A DNA stretch of 64,000 nt from a virus. The translations under genes and the position numbers were made by a program. Positions 9,861 to 20,214 of the stretch are shown piece by piece (positions within the stretch are counted from its first letter, which is position 1; the number at the start of each line of letters is the position of its first letter). The stretch covers positions 26,403 to 90,402 of IMG/VR virus record IMGVR_UViG_3300047476_000792; one strand, given 5' to 3'. The notes below the pieces were generated by a model. The model ran no database searches, had not been told where the DNA came from, and was given only the letters and a program-made list of their open reading frames with translations.

Positions 9861-10848
9861 GAAAGTTATGGTCCTTGGCGACCTACACTTAGGCGTTTCT
9901 AAATCTGATGCAAAGTTTTTTGATACTGCATTGAAATATGCAGAATGGGTTAAAAAACTTTGCAATGAACAAGGTATCACTCAAATAATTCATTTAGGTG
10001 ATATTTTTCATCATCAGTATGTTCTTTGTGTCGGAACATTAAATGCTGCATATAAATTCTTTGATATTCTTAAAGAATTTGATATTCATATAGTCCTAGG
10101 GAATCACGATGTTCCAACTAAGCACTCTGTGGAAAACCATTCTCTTAAACTTTTATCAGAGTGGCCTAATATAACAGTTCATGATAAAGTTACGACTATT
10201 GATGATATAACTTTTTGTGGATGGGGGACGAAGCTTGAAGATATTCCTGAGAAGCAAAAGATTATATTTGGACACTTTGATATTAAAGGGTTTGATATGA
10301 GCGCAAGTAAAGTAGCAGAACATGGATTTACTGCGAGTGAACTGATGGAACGTTGTGAAATGTTGATGTCGGGGCATTATCACAAACCCCAGAGAAGATT
10401 TTATAAAAATAAATTGCTCACTTATGCAGGTTCTTGTTACCAATTGAATTGGGGAGAATCTGGTGAAGAAAAATATGCCTATGTTTTAGACACCGAAACT
10501 CTTTCATATGAGGCGATTCCCAATAATATATCCCCAAGATTTGAATATATTAGAAGCGAAAAAGACTACCATAAAATAGCAAATAATTTTGTTGCTATCG
10601 AAGTTTCTATGGAGGAACATGCAGAAAAGGTGATGCAGATGTTAGCCAATAATGCATTAGATGTCAAGACTATCAATAGAACGACTAAAGTAATAGAAGT
10701 GGGTGATTTGAAAAGTGTCGAAGAATTTAAAGGAGTTAGCATATCAGATATCATACAAGAATATACTGAGTTAATTGAAGATGTTACGGAAGAAGAGAAA
10801 ATTTACCTTGCAAAGAAAGCCAATCAACTCTATAATGAGTGTATATGA
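9853..10848 (+). CDS. gp47: gp47 recombination nuclease (Mre11/SbcD-like)
   Basis: Metallophosphoesterase motifs GDLHLG, LGDIFH, GNHD, GHF, SGHYH. Confidence 0.9.
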   Translation: MNKKVMVLGDLHLGVSKSDAKFFDTALKYAEWVKKLCNEQGITQIIHLGDIFHHQYVLCVGTLNAAYKFFDILKEFDIHIVLGNHDVPTKHSVENHSLKLLSEWPNITVHDKVTTIDDITFCGWGTKLEDIPEKQKIIFGHFDIKGFDMSASKVAEHGFTASELMERCEMLMSGHYHKPQRRFYKNKLLTYAGSCYQLNWGESGEEKYAYVLDTETLSYEAIPNNISPRFEYIRSEKDYHKIANNFVAIEVSMEEHAEKVMQMLANNALDVKTINRTTKVIEVGDLKSVEEFKGVSISDIIQEYTELIEDVTEEEKIYLAKKANQLYNECI

Positions 10849-11162
10849 GTGAAGAGAGGGATTTTTCTAAAGTTACACGATATGATTGGGTTACTAGAAC
10901 TTGGTTCGAAGAAACCTATGAATGTATTGGTGAAGATACTACTGGTAACTATGTCTTATTCAAAGATTATAAAGATCTTCTAGATGCCAAAACGCCTAAG
11001 AGACAAGCATCTTTCTCTGAATTAAAAGATCTAATTAAAAAAGAGATTTTTGAAAAGAAAGATAGTATAAATTATGGGGTAGCTGTTCATAGATATGATG
11101 AAGCAAGGCAGTTACAAAAAGCACTTTATAAAATTGAACAATTAACAGATGGAACTATATGA
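10845..11162 (+). CDS. hypothetical protein
   Basis: Translationally coupled ORF. Confidence 0.6.
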   Translation: MSEERDFSKVTRYDWVTRTWFEETYECIGEDTTGNYVLFKDYKDLLDAKTPKRQASFSELKDLIKKEIFEKKDSINYGVAVHRYDEARQLQKALYKIEQLTDGTI

Positions 11163-11731
11163 GTCTAGAAGGAAGTATACCAAAAATATATAGATGGTTT
11201 CCTATAAATCTTGAAAAATTTAGAGGATTGCCGATCAACACACATCCAGGTGCATTTGGTGTTGCACGTAAATATAACTTTCATGAAGGGGTTGATCTTT
11301 ATGGGAATCCGGGCGATTGGGTATTTGCGATTAGAGATGGCGAAGTAATTTCGAATGCACGGTTTACGGGCGCATCAGAAGGTCATCCTTGGTGGCTAGA
11401 AACCGATGCATTACTCATACGCGATGATGAAGGTTACTATGTGTATGGAGAGCTTAAATCTGATTTAAAAGCCGGAGATAAAGTCACATATGGTCAGAAA
11501 ATAGGAGAGCTTACACCTGTATTGACCCCTAATAAATTCCGTCCAGATATTCCGGGACACGGCGTTACCATGCTTCATTTAGAACGATGGGACAATTCTT
11601 ACGATCCTAATACCGGTTGGTCCGCATGGCAAACCCGTGAATCCCGTCCTAGTTATTTAAAAGACCCCACTGCTGAACTTGTTCGTATTTTAAACCATCG
11701 AAAAGTTCCGATCAAATTTTTAACAATGTAA
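11159..11731 (+). CDS. M23 family peptidase
   Basis: FHEGVDLY, AIRDGEV, GDKVTYGQKIG, MLHLE. Confidence 0.8.
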   Translation: MSLEGSIPKIYRWFPINLEKFRGLPINTHPGAFGVARKYNFHEGVDLYGNPGDWVFAIRDGEVISNARFTGASEGHPWWLETDALLIRDDEGYYVYGELKSDLKAGDKVTYGQKIGELTPVLTPNKFRPDIPGHGVTMLHLERWDNSYDPNTGWSAWQTRESRPSYLKDPTAELVRILNHRKVPIKFLTM

Positions 11732-11734
11732 TCT

Positions 11735-12421
11735 ATGAACACAGAACAAATTCCCGTTTTTCAGCCCCCGGAAACCAAAATACCAATCGAGTACAGATGG
11801 TGGAGTTGGAATGAGACTAATACTAAATGGTGCCAGAGTTGTTGGAAGGCTGATAATATACTTGATGCTATTAAAAAGTTTTATACTCCTAATGCATGTG
11901 AGATATCGCATTATCATTCTAAATTGATAAAGTATGATGGTGAAACATATGAAGATATTCTAACCATTCCGAAAAATGACTTAAAAAGTTATACAGAATA
12001 CCGATTGACGGAGGAATTGACGAGACGAAAAAATATCAGAGATGCGGAAGAATTGAAGAAATTTACTAAAACATGTGATAAATGTAAGACACATAATCAT
12101 CTATCTGAATGGTTTAAATTAAGAACATATACTTTCACAGATGATGTATATACTCAGAACTATACTATAAACGATGATTTTGCTGTAGTATGTCCGAGTT
12201 GCTCCCTTCACCATTGGGCTAAAAAAGAGTATAAATATGACTCCCCTTCTGAAGAAACCCAAAGAGATTTAGATTTATATAAATTCTGTAAGGATTTTGA
12301 AAGGTTTGGTAAATTTAAGCAAGAATATCACAGGCATGATAAGAATGGGTGGGAATTTAAATATACTATTAAAAATGACACGGGTAAAGAAATCCAAGTA
12401 AAAGATCCTTTTAAAAAATGA
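11735..12421 (+). CDS. hypothetical protein with CxxC pairs
   Basis: CQSC, CDKC, CPSC. Confidence 0.6.
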   Translation: MNTEQIPVFQPPETKIPIEYRWWSWNETNTKWCQSCWKADNILDAIKKFYTPNACEISHYHSKLIKYDGETYEDILTIPKNDLKSYTEYRLTEELTRRKNIRDAEELKKFTKTCDKCKTHNHLSEWFKLRTYTFTDDVYTQNYTINDDFAVVCPSCSLHHWAKKEYKYDSPSEETQRDLDLYKFCKDFERFGKFKQEYHRHDKNGWEFKYTIKNDTGKEIQVKDPFKK

Positions 12422-13083
12422 AAATATTAATAACAAGTGGCGGAACAGATGTTCCCATAGACAGTGTGAGAAAAATCACCAATATGTCAACTGGACGTTT
12501 TGGTTCAGAAATTGCTGAAGAGTTTGATAAGTTGGACCATGATGTGATTTTTTGGCACAGTAAGGGAAGTTCTATTCCACAAGGATTGCAGACGGCGGTA
12601 TACAATGGTCGCATTGATTCTAGTATAATGGCGTACAGAGATTATTATGCATACTTAGATATCATCGGAATCGCTGGAATGACCGCACCTGATATCATTA
12701 TCAGTGCGGCGGCTGTTTCAGATTATATTCTCGATAAAACCGAAGGAAAGATTTCAAGTTCAGAAGATGAGTTGGTTATTCGTCTTAAAAAAGCCAAGAA
12801 GGTTCTACCAGAATTTAGGAAAGTATCGCCAAAGTCCATGGTGGTAGGTTTCAAGTTGTTGGTAAGCCCGACCTATCAAGAAGTATATAACGCCGTTCAG
12901 AAGGTTTTAAATAATGGTTCGGATTATGTTGTTTATAATGATCTGACAGAAATTCGTAATGGAAATTCATCTCGTCTCGTATTTAATAAAAATATGAACT
13001 TTCGAGAAGTTAAAGATGCAAAAGAACTAGTAGATTATATTATAAATGAGTACACAAATTCAGAAAATAGCAATGGGTTGTAA
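12418..13083 (+). CDS. coaB: phosphopantothenate-cysteine ligase (monofunctional CoaB)
   Basis: ILITSGGT.VPIDSVRKITNMSTGRFG, AAAVSDY, GKISS, VGFKLL, VYND. Confidence 0.88.
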   Translation: MKILITSGGTDVPIDSVRKITNMSTGRFGSEIAEEFDKLDHDVIFWHSKGSSIPQGLQTAVYNGRIDSSIMAYRDYYAYLDIIGIAGMTAPDIIISAAAVSDYILDKTEGKISSSEDELVIRLKKAKKVLPEFRKVSPKSMVVGFKLLVSPTYQEVYNAVQKVLNNGSDYVVYNDLTEIRNGNSSRLVFNKNMNFREVKDAKELVDYIINEYTNSENSNGL

Positions 13084-13333
13084 ACCCGATCCATATAAAT
13101 TCACAATTTTAGAGAGATATGTGATAAACACACATACTATAATTTTAGCTCGATATGATGGATGTCTATCTTTTGGAGGTAATAAGCTTATGTTGTGTAG
13201 GGGTATTATTCCGTCTGATATTGAAACCCTTGATCCGCATTTTATAGAGGGACACCATGTTATAGCACGTTTTGAACCCACGCCAGGAGGAATGAGATTA
13301 GCGCGAATTTGTGCAGCTTGTTTATTATCATGA
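13046..13333 (+). CDS. hypothetical protein between coaB and coaC
   Basis: 95 aa ORF overlapping both neighbours. Confidence 0.6.
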   Translation: MSTQIQKIAMGCKPDPYKFTILERYVINTHTIILARYDGCLSFGGNKLMLCRGIIPSDIETLDPHFIEGHHVIARFEPTPGGMRLARICAACLLS

Positions 13334-13890
13334 ATATATTACATGGCCTGACAGGTAGTGTGGCATCTACCATCGTATGTAAATTCCAAAAGCACTATGA
13401 AGAGGATTCTGTTAAATTTGTATTAACAGAATCCTCTAAAAAGTTCAACCCGCCATATTATATGGTATCGTCCTTTGATCTAAAATTAGAAGGACAATTA
13501 AGATATGGACAGTTTGATGACGATGATGAATGGGTTATGTATGAAAAAGGGAGTAAGGTTCTTCATATTGAACTAGTAAAATGGGCAGATGTTTTTGTTA
13601 TCGCACCATGTTCGGCAAACACTATTGCAAAGATTGCTAATGGTGTTTGTGATAATTTACTGACATGTGTTGCCCGTGCATGGGATTTCGAAAAGAAATT
13701 CATTATTGCACCTTCGATGAATGTGAAAATGTGGGAGCATCCGATAACTAAGGAACATATAGATAAGATAAAATCTTGGGGAATAACCGTTGTTGATCCT
13801 ATTGAAAAGAAATTATTTTGTGGCGATTATGGAATGGGTGCAATGGCGAATATAGAAGATATTGTTAAACAGATTAAAAATGAGGAATAA
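13330..13890 (+). CDS. coaC: phosphopantothenoylcysteine decarboxylase (HFCD flavoprotein, CoaC/Hal3-like)
   Basis: GLTGSVA, VLHIEL..WAD, APCSANTIAKIANG.CDNLLT, PSMN..MW, LFCGDYGMGAM. Confidence 0.9.
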   Translation: MNILHGLTGSVASTIVCKFQKHYEEDSVKFVLTESSKKFNPPYYMVSSFDLKLEGQLRYGQFDDDDEWVMYEKGSKVLHIELVKWADVFVIAPCSANTIAKIANGVCDNLLTCVARAWDFEKKFIIAPSMNVKMWEHPITKEHIDKIKSWGITVVDPIEKKLFCGDYGMGAMANIEDIVKQIKNEE

Positions 13891-14176
13891 ACAATTACTA
13901 CAGGAATGGGTAGAAAAATCAGCATCAGCAGATTATAAAAATGCACAAAGATTGCGATTAACTACTAAAAATAGATGGGAAGAAGGAATAGATCACCATC
14001 CTATATCGGAAAGACTTATGAAATTTCTATGTGATCATGATTTTATAGATTATGATGATTATTTTTGTTGGAAGATAGGCGGTGATGGTGATAATGGCGA
14101 AACCTTAATGTATCAGATGGATGCATTTTTTGAATTGTTAGAGTATGAAAAAGCTATCAACACAGCAAGGTCATAA
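13880..14176 (+). CDS. hypothetical protein
   Basis: ORF containing WKIGGDGDNGETLMY. Confidence 0.6.
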   Translation: MRNKQLLQEWVEKSASADYKNAQRLRLTTKNRWEEGIDHHPISERLMKFLCDHDFIDYDDYFCWKIGGDGDNGETLMYQMDAFFELLEYEKAINTARS

Positions 14177-14573
14177 AGGTGGACAAGACTACCGTCCAAA
14201 CTATTACTGTCCAACATGTCATGCATATAATAGGATTCCCCATGAAAAGGGGTGTGTGGATGTGAAAGTGAGTATATGTGGAACCGCTCGACTCCCCTCT
14301 AAAAATGCAGATAAAAAAGTATGGCAAGATTTCTATGAGAAGTTTGTATTAAAAAACGATATAAAATATATACAGACCTTGAAAAAATCAAAAAAATCTA
14401 AATCATATAGGGAATCTAGTAGGTACGAGATTCTTCAAGAAGATGAAAGATACTTGAAAATGTCTTTGGACGAATTACTTAAAAGAGAAAAATTCTTGAA
14501 AATGACTAAGCAAACTGATAAATTAAAGAAATGTCAGAAATTCTTAACCGCTTTAAAGAGAAAACAGCATTAG
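14145..14573 (+). CDS. hypothetical basic protein
   Basis: CPTC; overlaps neighbouring ORFs. Confidence 0.55.
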   Translation: MKKLSTQQGHKGGQDYRPNYYCPTCHAYNRIPHEKGCVDVKVSICGTARLPSKNADKKVWQDFYEKFVLKNDIKYIQTLKKSKKSKSYRESSRYEILQEDERYLKMSLDELLKREKFLKMTKQTDKLKKCQKFLTALKRKQH

Positions 14574-15376
14574 CAATAATAACCTGCAACAGAGAACATG
14601 TATTTAAAAAATGTATCGACAGCATTGACCGTAATGCTGTCGGACAGATTTATGTCATTAATGCTGGGGATAGATATAAGGAATATCCTAAGGATGTAAT
14701 AGTCATTCAGCCTAAAAGAAATCCATCGCCAGTCGGAATTAATAAAAACATAGCCCTTCGTGAAATGAAGAATGCGGGTTATGAATTTTTATTTTTGATG
14801 GAGGACGATGTAAAGATTAAAGATAATAAAGCCTTTGAAGTATATATCGAAACTGCAATGGATTCTGGTATATGGGGAGGACAACTGGCATTTGGATTAC
14901 ATGGGGGATTTGCTGCGGGTAATATAAACGAAGATGGAACACCTAAGAAAAAGCTTACGGCCCAATATACTAAACATAAGGTAGATTTTTATAAACACGG
15001 TCCACATGCATTTGCAATATATCATGCAAATGTGTTGGCACATATTGGATATTTCGATGAACGATATATCAATTCTGCTGAACATTTGGATCAATATCTT
15101 ATGACATATTATAAGAATCTTGGTATGCCGTTTTGGTGGTTCCCGGATGTTTATGATTCATTCAATTATCTAGAAGATGTCGATGAAAATTTGAATGAAA
15201 GTGTTATCCGTAAACAGGAAGACTTCCCGAAGAATTTCTCGTATAGTTGGGGACTATTCAAAGAAAAGCATAGATTCTTCCCACACGAAGTTCCTTCATC
15301 CAGTCCTGAAGAGGCACATGAACGGATGGAATTCTTAGAAAAGAACTATTCGCAAAAACATTTACTAAATTCATAG
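14531..15376 (+). CDS. glycosyltransferase family 2
   Basis: IITCNR, KNIALR, FLMEDD, IGYFDERY, AEHLD. Confidence 0.8.
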   Translation: MSEILNRFKEKTALAIITCNREHVFKKCIDSIDRNAVGQIYVINAGDRYKEYPKDVIVIQPKRNPSPVGINKNIALREMKNAGYEFLFLMEDDVKIKDNKAFEVYIETAMDSGIWGGQLAFGLHGGFAAGNINEDGTPKKKLTAQYTKHKVDFYKHGPHAFAIYHANVLAHIGYFDERYINSAEHLDQYLMTYYKNLGMPFWWFPDVYDSFNYLEDVDENLNESVIRKQEDFPKNFSYSWGLFKEKHRFFPHEVPSSSPEEAHERMEFLEKNYSQKHLLNS

Positions 15377-15410
15377 TTGCATATTACTCTTAGCTGCTTA
15401 TATTAAGTGT

Positions 15411-16580
15411 ATGAGTTTTATTGATAATATCAAAGAATTAGAATTCGAGGTTGATACGTCCCTCTTAGCAGAGGACTATATTAAACAGTTTGTTCCCCAA
15501 AAGGATATGGGGTCGTATATAGATTATTGCTATGTTATAAAATATAATAGACTTCCATCAAGAGCAAGTATGGACTATAAGGTTTCGGATTTCATAAACA
15601 TCCTGAAAGTCCTTAAAGATAAAGGATTTAAACTATTAAGTATTAATTCCTCTTTTATGAGAAATATATCCCATGGATATGTATTTTCTCATTCATCAGG
15701 AACGTTTGTAGAAATAGGTAATTTTGGAAATATACCGACTGCAATTTCAGCAGATGATGGATCGCTCACATCCGTTCCAAAGGTAAAAGCAAGTACTCTT
15801 GTAGTATATTATGATATTGCTAAATCGTATGATTTAATAGATACTCTTAAAGATAATTTTTCGTATGTAGAAGAATTGGATTCTAAGGGTAAAATTCTTC
15901 TTTTTGAAAAGAATGAATATAATGAAATGGTATTGACACCGTACCCTATTAAGGGATACGACTTAGATATTAATGATAATTATAACGATGATTTTGCGCA
16001 AGTACATGAGCGTCTCCAAAACTGGATTCCTGATTTTAAATCACAGAACAATAAATTAGTATTGTTTAATGGGCAACCAGGAACAGGAAAGACTAATTAT
16101 CTTAAGTATCTCTTAAACAATACCCCTGATGTAAAGAAGATTTATATTCCCCCATATTTTGTTCAGTCTATTTCAGATCCTGCATTCTTTCCCATTATTC
16201 GTAGAGAAAAAGAATCCCTTCTTATCATTGAGGATGCAGAAAAGATTCTAGTTAATCGTGAAGATCAAGCAGATAACAGCACCATTTCAATACTCTTGAA
16301 TCTCTGTGATGGTATCATGGCCGATGTTCTCAATTTCAAGATTATTGCAACGTTTAATACTGATGAAAGTAAGATTGATGAAGCATTGAAACGCAAAGGT
16401 AGAATGTTTATGCATTATAAGTTTGACAAACTTGTGAACCATAAGGCTGCAAATCTTTATAAAAAGGTACATGGTATCGAACTTGATAGTGATGACGATA
16501 TGACTCTTGCTGACATTTATAATGATGAAAATCAATTCGGTAAGAAAAAGGCAGAGAGAAAGATAGGATTTGGGGTATGA
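15411..16580 (+). CDS. AAA+ ATPase
   Basis: GQPGTGKT, IIEDAE, LLNLCDG, IDEALKRKGR; C-terminal IGF. Confidence 0.85.
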   Translation: MSFIDNIKELEFEVDTSLLAEDYIKQFVPQKDMGSYIDYCYVIKYNRLPSRASMDYKVSDFINILKVLKDKGFKLLSINSSFMRNISHGYVFSHSSGTFVEIGNFGNIPTAISADDGSLTSVPKVKASTLVVYYDIAKSYDLIDTLKDNFSYVEELDSKGKILLFEKNEYNEMVLTPYPIKGYDLDINDNYNDDFAQVHERLQNWIPDFKSQNNKLVLFNGQPGTGKTNYLKYLLNNTPDVKKIYIPPYFVQSISDPAFFPIIRREKESLLIIEDAEKILVNREDQADNSTISILLNLCDGIMADVLNFKIIATFNTDESKIDEALKRKGRMFMHYKFDKLVNHKAANLYKKVHGIELDSDDDMTLADIYNDENQFGKKKAERKIGFGV

Positions 16581-16975
16581 AAAATCGAATATCTAAGTTC
16601 AGAGGGTGGGATATATCCCAAAAAGAGTGGATAAATCCTGCGAGGATAGAGATATATTCTTCCGATGGCATCCTTCAGGATTTATACGATCCCGAAGGAA
16701 CAGATGTAATAATACAACAATTTACAGGGCTTACTGATTTGACTAATAAGGAAATTTTTGAGGGAGATATATGTAATCTCTACATATATAGTCGGCGTAT
16801 AAGCGGTGTTCGACCTGTAATAGAATTGGGTGATATTAGGTTTCATAAACACGGATTTTGTTTTTTCAGCAAAGAAACCGATGGTGAATATATTGGTTCC
16901 CTTATTAGTGGTGTTCGTGACGGTTTTGAAATAGTGGGTAATATCCTAGAAAATCCAGAATTATTAAAGAAATGA
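16577..16975 (+). CDS. YopX family protein
   Basis: KFRGWD, QFTGLTD..NKEIFEGDI, EIVGNILENPELL. Confidence 0.85.
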   Translation: MKNRISKFRGWDISQKEWINPARIEIYSSDGILQDLYDPEGTDVIIQQFTGLTDLTNKEIFEGDICNLYIYSRRISGVRPVIELGDIRFHKHGFCFFSKETDGEYIGSLISGVRDGFEIVGNILENPELLKK

Positions 16976-17733
16976 TTGGAGTTGGTATAGTAACATATAA
17001 TCGTCCAGAGCGATTTAAGGAGGCGTTTGATGCAATTCAGAACCCCCTCATAGATAGATATTATCATGTCAAGGATGGTGGAAGCCCAAAATATAATAAT
17101 TATAAAGATTTGCACCAACTACCTGAAAATAAAGGAGTCGGAGTTTGTAAAAATATAATTATAGACAATCTTATAAACCAAGGATGTGAACATATTTTTG
17201 TGTTAGAAGATGATTGCCTTATAACTAATGAGGGGGTTTGGCGGTATTGTATAGATTTTTCCAAACACACAGGTTTATTACATTTTAATTGGAATAATTA
17301 TCGAGAAGAAGATAAAAACCATGTAAAAGTGATGTTTCCCGAGTTTGAGGCATTGATTTCATATAATGTAGAAGCTAACTTCTCATATTTTCACCGAGAT
17401 TTTCTAAAAGAGATTCGATTTGATGAAACCTATGTTAATGCATGGGAGCATGTTGATTTAGAATACCAAGGTGTTTTAAAGGGGTTTTCTCCCGCCTTTC
17501 GTATGTTCGTATCCCCGTTTCATTTAAGTCAGTTTATGAGGGTTAACGATGCTGGTAAATCGTCTATCGTAGGGTATCCTCTGCATAAAGAACGCATAGT
17601 AGAGGGATATAACTATTGGCTGACTAAATGGGGAAATCGAGTCACTGATATAGGACCGATTCCAATAGATAAATTTAAAGGCAAGATGCAAGAGATTACA
17701 AAAAAATATGCAAAACGAAATAACCCCTATTGA
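16972..17733 (+). CDS. glycosyltransferase family 2
   Basis: IVTYNRP, NKGVGVCKN, FVLEDD, FDETY.NAWEHVD; paralog-like to 14531. Confidence 0.8.
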   Translation: MIGVGIVTYNRPERFKEAFDAIQNPLIDRYYHVKDGGSPKYNNYKDLHQLPENKGVGVCKNIIIDNLINQGCEHIFVLEDDCLITNEGVWRYCIDFSKHTGLLHFNWNNYREEDKNHVKVMFPEFEALISYNVEANFSYFHRDFLKEIRFDETYVNAWEHVDLEYQGVLKGFSPAFRMFVSPFHLSQFMRVNDAGKSSIVGYPLHKERIVEGYNYWLTKWGNRVTDIGPIPIDKFKGKMQEITKKYAKRNNPY

Positions 17734-18091
17734 TATAAAAATGATCATTAAAAATACTGTCAGGAATAATGGTATGATCGTTTCGTGGAACGATATGTCC
17801 CATCCTGTTTGTCTATATCTTGATCATAATTTTAAAATGACAGTAGGAGAGGCGGAGTGCTTCCTTTGGAAAGTCAGGGACCAATCAATTCCCACACAAT
17901 ATCATCTATTAGAATGCGACCATGTATCTGAATTTATAGATAATTTAGATGTTATAGTTAAACGTAAATTATCAGAGGGGTATACTACATTTAAATATTA
18001 TTCATATGCTGATAATATGATCAGGGGATGTTTTTTTAAAGAACCTGAAATTCCAAAACAAATTATACAAGATATTAAAGCGTTCTACTAA
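17708..18091 (+). CDS. hypothetical protein
   Basis: 127 aa ORF. Confidence 0.55.
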   Translation: MQNEITPIDIKMIIKNTVRNNGMIVSWNDMSHPVCLYLDHNFKMTVGEAECFLWKVRDQSIPTQYHLLECDHVSEFIDNLDVIVKRKLSEGYTTFKYYSYADNMIRGCFFKEPEIPKQIIQDIKAFY

Positions 18092-18101
18092 TATAGAAAA
18101 T

Positions 18102-18983
18102 ATGCAAAACGATAACACTCGTATCGAACTTGTTACAAATACCTTCGGAAAATATCATCGCCAAGATATTGCTGTGGATTCTTGGCGTCATTTAAAGAAG
18201 TTATTTCCTGGTAATATTAATTTAAACAACTTCCAATTTGAGGATGAACGCAATACCTTTGTAGATCACTATGATGATGTGGATACATCGTTTAGATTAA
18301 AGAATTCTAGTAAATCTTTGGTGAAGGGTTCCACTAAAAAGTTGCCACTAGTATCAGAAATAATATTTTCTGGTTTTAAATACGATCCTGATTATGTGTT
18401 ATTTACAAATAGCGATGTTATTTTAATGCCACATCTTATTGAATATATTTTAAAGGAACAACCCGATTGTATGGCAATATCTCGAATGGATATTGAACAT
18501 ATTGAATCGTTTGATAATATTTTACGTCAAGATGTTAAACCTGTGAGATATGAGATTGGCGGTTATGACGTTTTCGTTATGAAGAGGGGGTGGTTCCAAC
18601 TTAATAAAAAATATTTCTGGAGTAACTTCTTGTTAGGTGCCCCTGCATTTGATCCTGTTTTTGCTGGACTGATGGTGATGTTTGGAGATAAGTTTGAAAT
18701 GGGTAATGGGTTCCCACCATACGCTTTCCATATCTGGCACGGAACCGCATCAGTCGATACTCCTTCCCCTGAACGAGACTATAATTACAAGGTCTTTAAT
18801 AAAAATCCTCTATTTAAGATAGCGAATAATATAATATTTCATAATATCCAGTATAATTTATGTAAGAGAAAACCGTGGGGTAGATTCCTTATTCCCGATG
18901 AACAGGAACAGAACAGACAGAAGAAGTTCTTTAATGAGATGAATCTAAAGGACATGAATCAAATAAGATATATCACTGACTGA
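18102..18983 (+). CDS. putative GT-A fold glycosyltransferase
   Basis: YVLFTNSDVIL, SRMD, GYDVF, FHIWH. Confidence 0.6.
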   Translation: MQNDNTRIELVTNTFGKYHRQDIAVDSWRHLKKLFPGNINLNNFQFEDERNTFVDHYDDVDTSFRLKNSSKSLVKGSTKKLPLVSEIIFSGFKYDPDYVLFTNSDVILMPHLIEYILKEQPDCMAISRMDIEHIESFDNILRQDVKPVRYEIGGYDVFVMKRGWFQLNKKYFWSNFLLGAPAFDPVFAGLMVMFGDKFEMGNGFPPYAFHIWHGTASVDTPSPERDYNYKVFNKNPLFKIANNIIFHNIQYNLCKRKPWGRFLIPDEQEQNRQKKFFNEMNLKDMNQIRYITD

Positions 18984-19907
18984 TCACAATTCATTGAAAG
19001 AATATTTGGATTCTTTAATGGATTGGTGGTATCGTGATACTTTAGATTTGTATTGATTGTGTTTTCTTGTAAAACCTATAGACCTATTGTGTTGATATAT
19101 GTAGTCGTATAATGCCGTGACATGACCATTTTTATTTATTTCTATAACGGATGAATGACTATTATCTCTGTCTTTATTTTTATGTGTTCGATTAAATATT
19201 CTATATGATATTTTCAAAGAACCGAATAATTTTTCCACAGAAGACCAATCTTGATTTATATTAGAGCTTATTGAGAATTTACTTTTTCCACAGTGCGCAT
19301 CTCCGTCGAAGTATCCTCTCCAAAACATATAATGCAAATTTTCTGGTATATGGTTTAATATTTTTGATTGAGGCGCAGTAGATTTAATATGGTAATCATT
19401 TTCTTTTAAGAAGTTAATAATATCTATATTAGAGGTTCTTATAGTTAAGAGCTGTTTTCGACTACGAGCAGTCATAGGTGTTTTAGTCACAGACCAATCG
19501 CCAATACTCATAAAAACTGGAACAACTTCTTTAAGATCGTCCTCCGCCACTGATACAGATACTGTCCACCTATTTATAGTACCGTCGGCATATATCAGCC
19601 CTAGTATATATGCAACATTTTCATTTACATTTTTTATGTTTTCTATAGGAACTTTTATACCACCTCTCCCATTCATCATGGTATCTCTTGCCCTCTTTGC
19701 CTTTATGATGGGGCTTATAGACAATCCGAGATTTGCAGCATACCATGACACTAATTTTTGTGATATACCTAGAGCATCGGCACAGGGTCTAATTCCTAGC
19801 GATATATAATTATTTTTTAAAAATTCTCTAATTTCGTTTCTTCTTATTTTTGTATTTCTTTTTCGTATATTAGGTTCACTATTTATGTGCATAGCACTAC
19901 TTATCAT
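18984..19907 (-). mobile_element. free-standing LAGLIDADG homing endonuclease
   Basis: AYILGLIYADG and FWRGYFDGDA, N-terminal HTH-like segment; antisense to the surrounding operon. Confidence 0.85.
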
Positions 19908-19972
19908 TTTTTCGAAGATTCAAGAAGATTTCTTTAGAGAAATGAATATATGTGAGTTAAATAAGATTCAAT

Positions 19973-20209
19973 ATGTCGAATAATACAGAAGAATTATCCA
20001 CAATCGATTTATCGTTGGTCGAGTATTTTCTTAAAAAATTTACTTTAAATTGTAAAAAGGGATTTTCAAGAGAAATATTAGAAAAAGATATTAAACAATT
20101 ACAGATGATTATAGATTCATTTATAATATATAATTTAATTCGAAATGGACAGATACAGGAGTTAAATGATCAAAATTCGGATGAAATATTGAAATATTTC
20201 GGTGATTGA
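19973..20209 (+). CDS. hypothetical protein
   Basis: 78 aa ORF. Confidence 0.5.
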   Translation: MSNNTEELSTIDLSLVEYFLKKFTLNCKKGFSREILEKDIKQLQMIIDSFIIYNLIRNGQIQELNDQNSDEILKYFGD

Positions 20210-20214
20210 TTGAC

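Noticed and set aside
13330-13890. LanD/EpiD-type RiPP decarboxylase system
   Set aside because: The adjacent CoaB and PPCDC-type motifs point to CoA chemistry; no Cys-terminated precursor peptide or lanthionine synthetase is nearby
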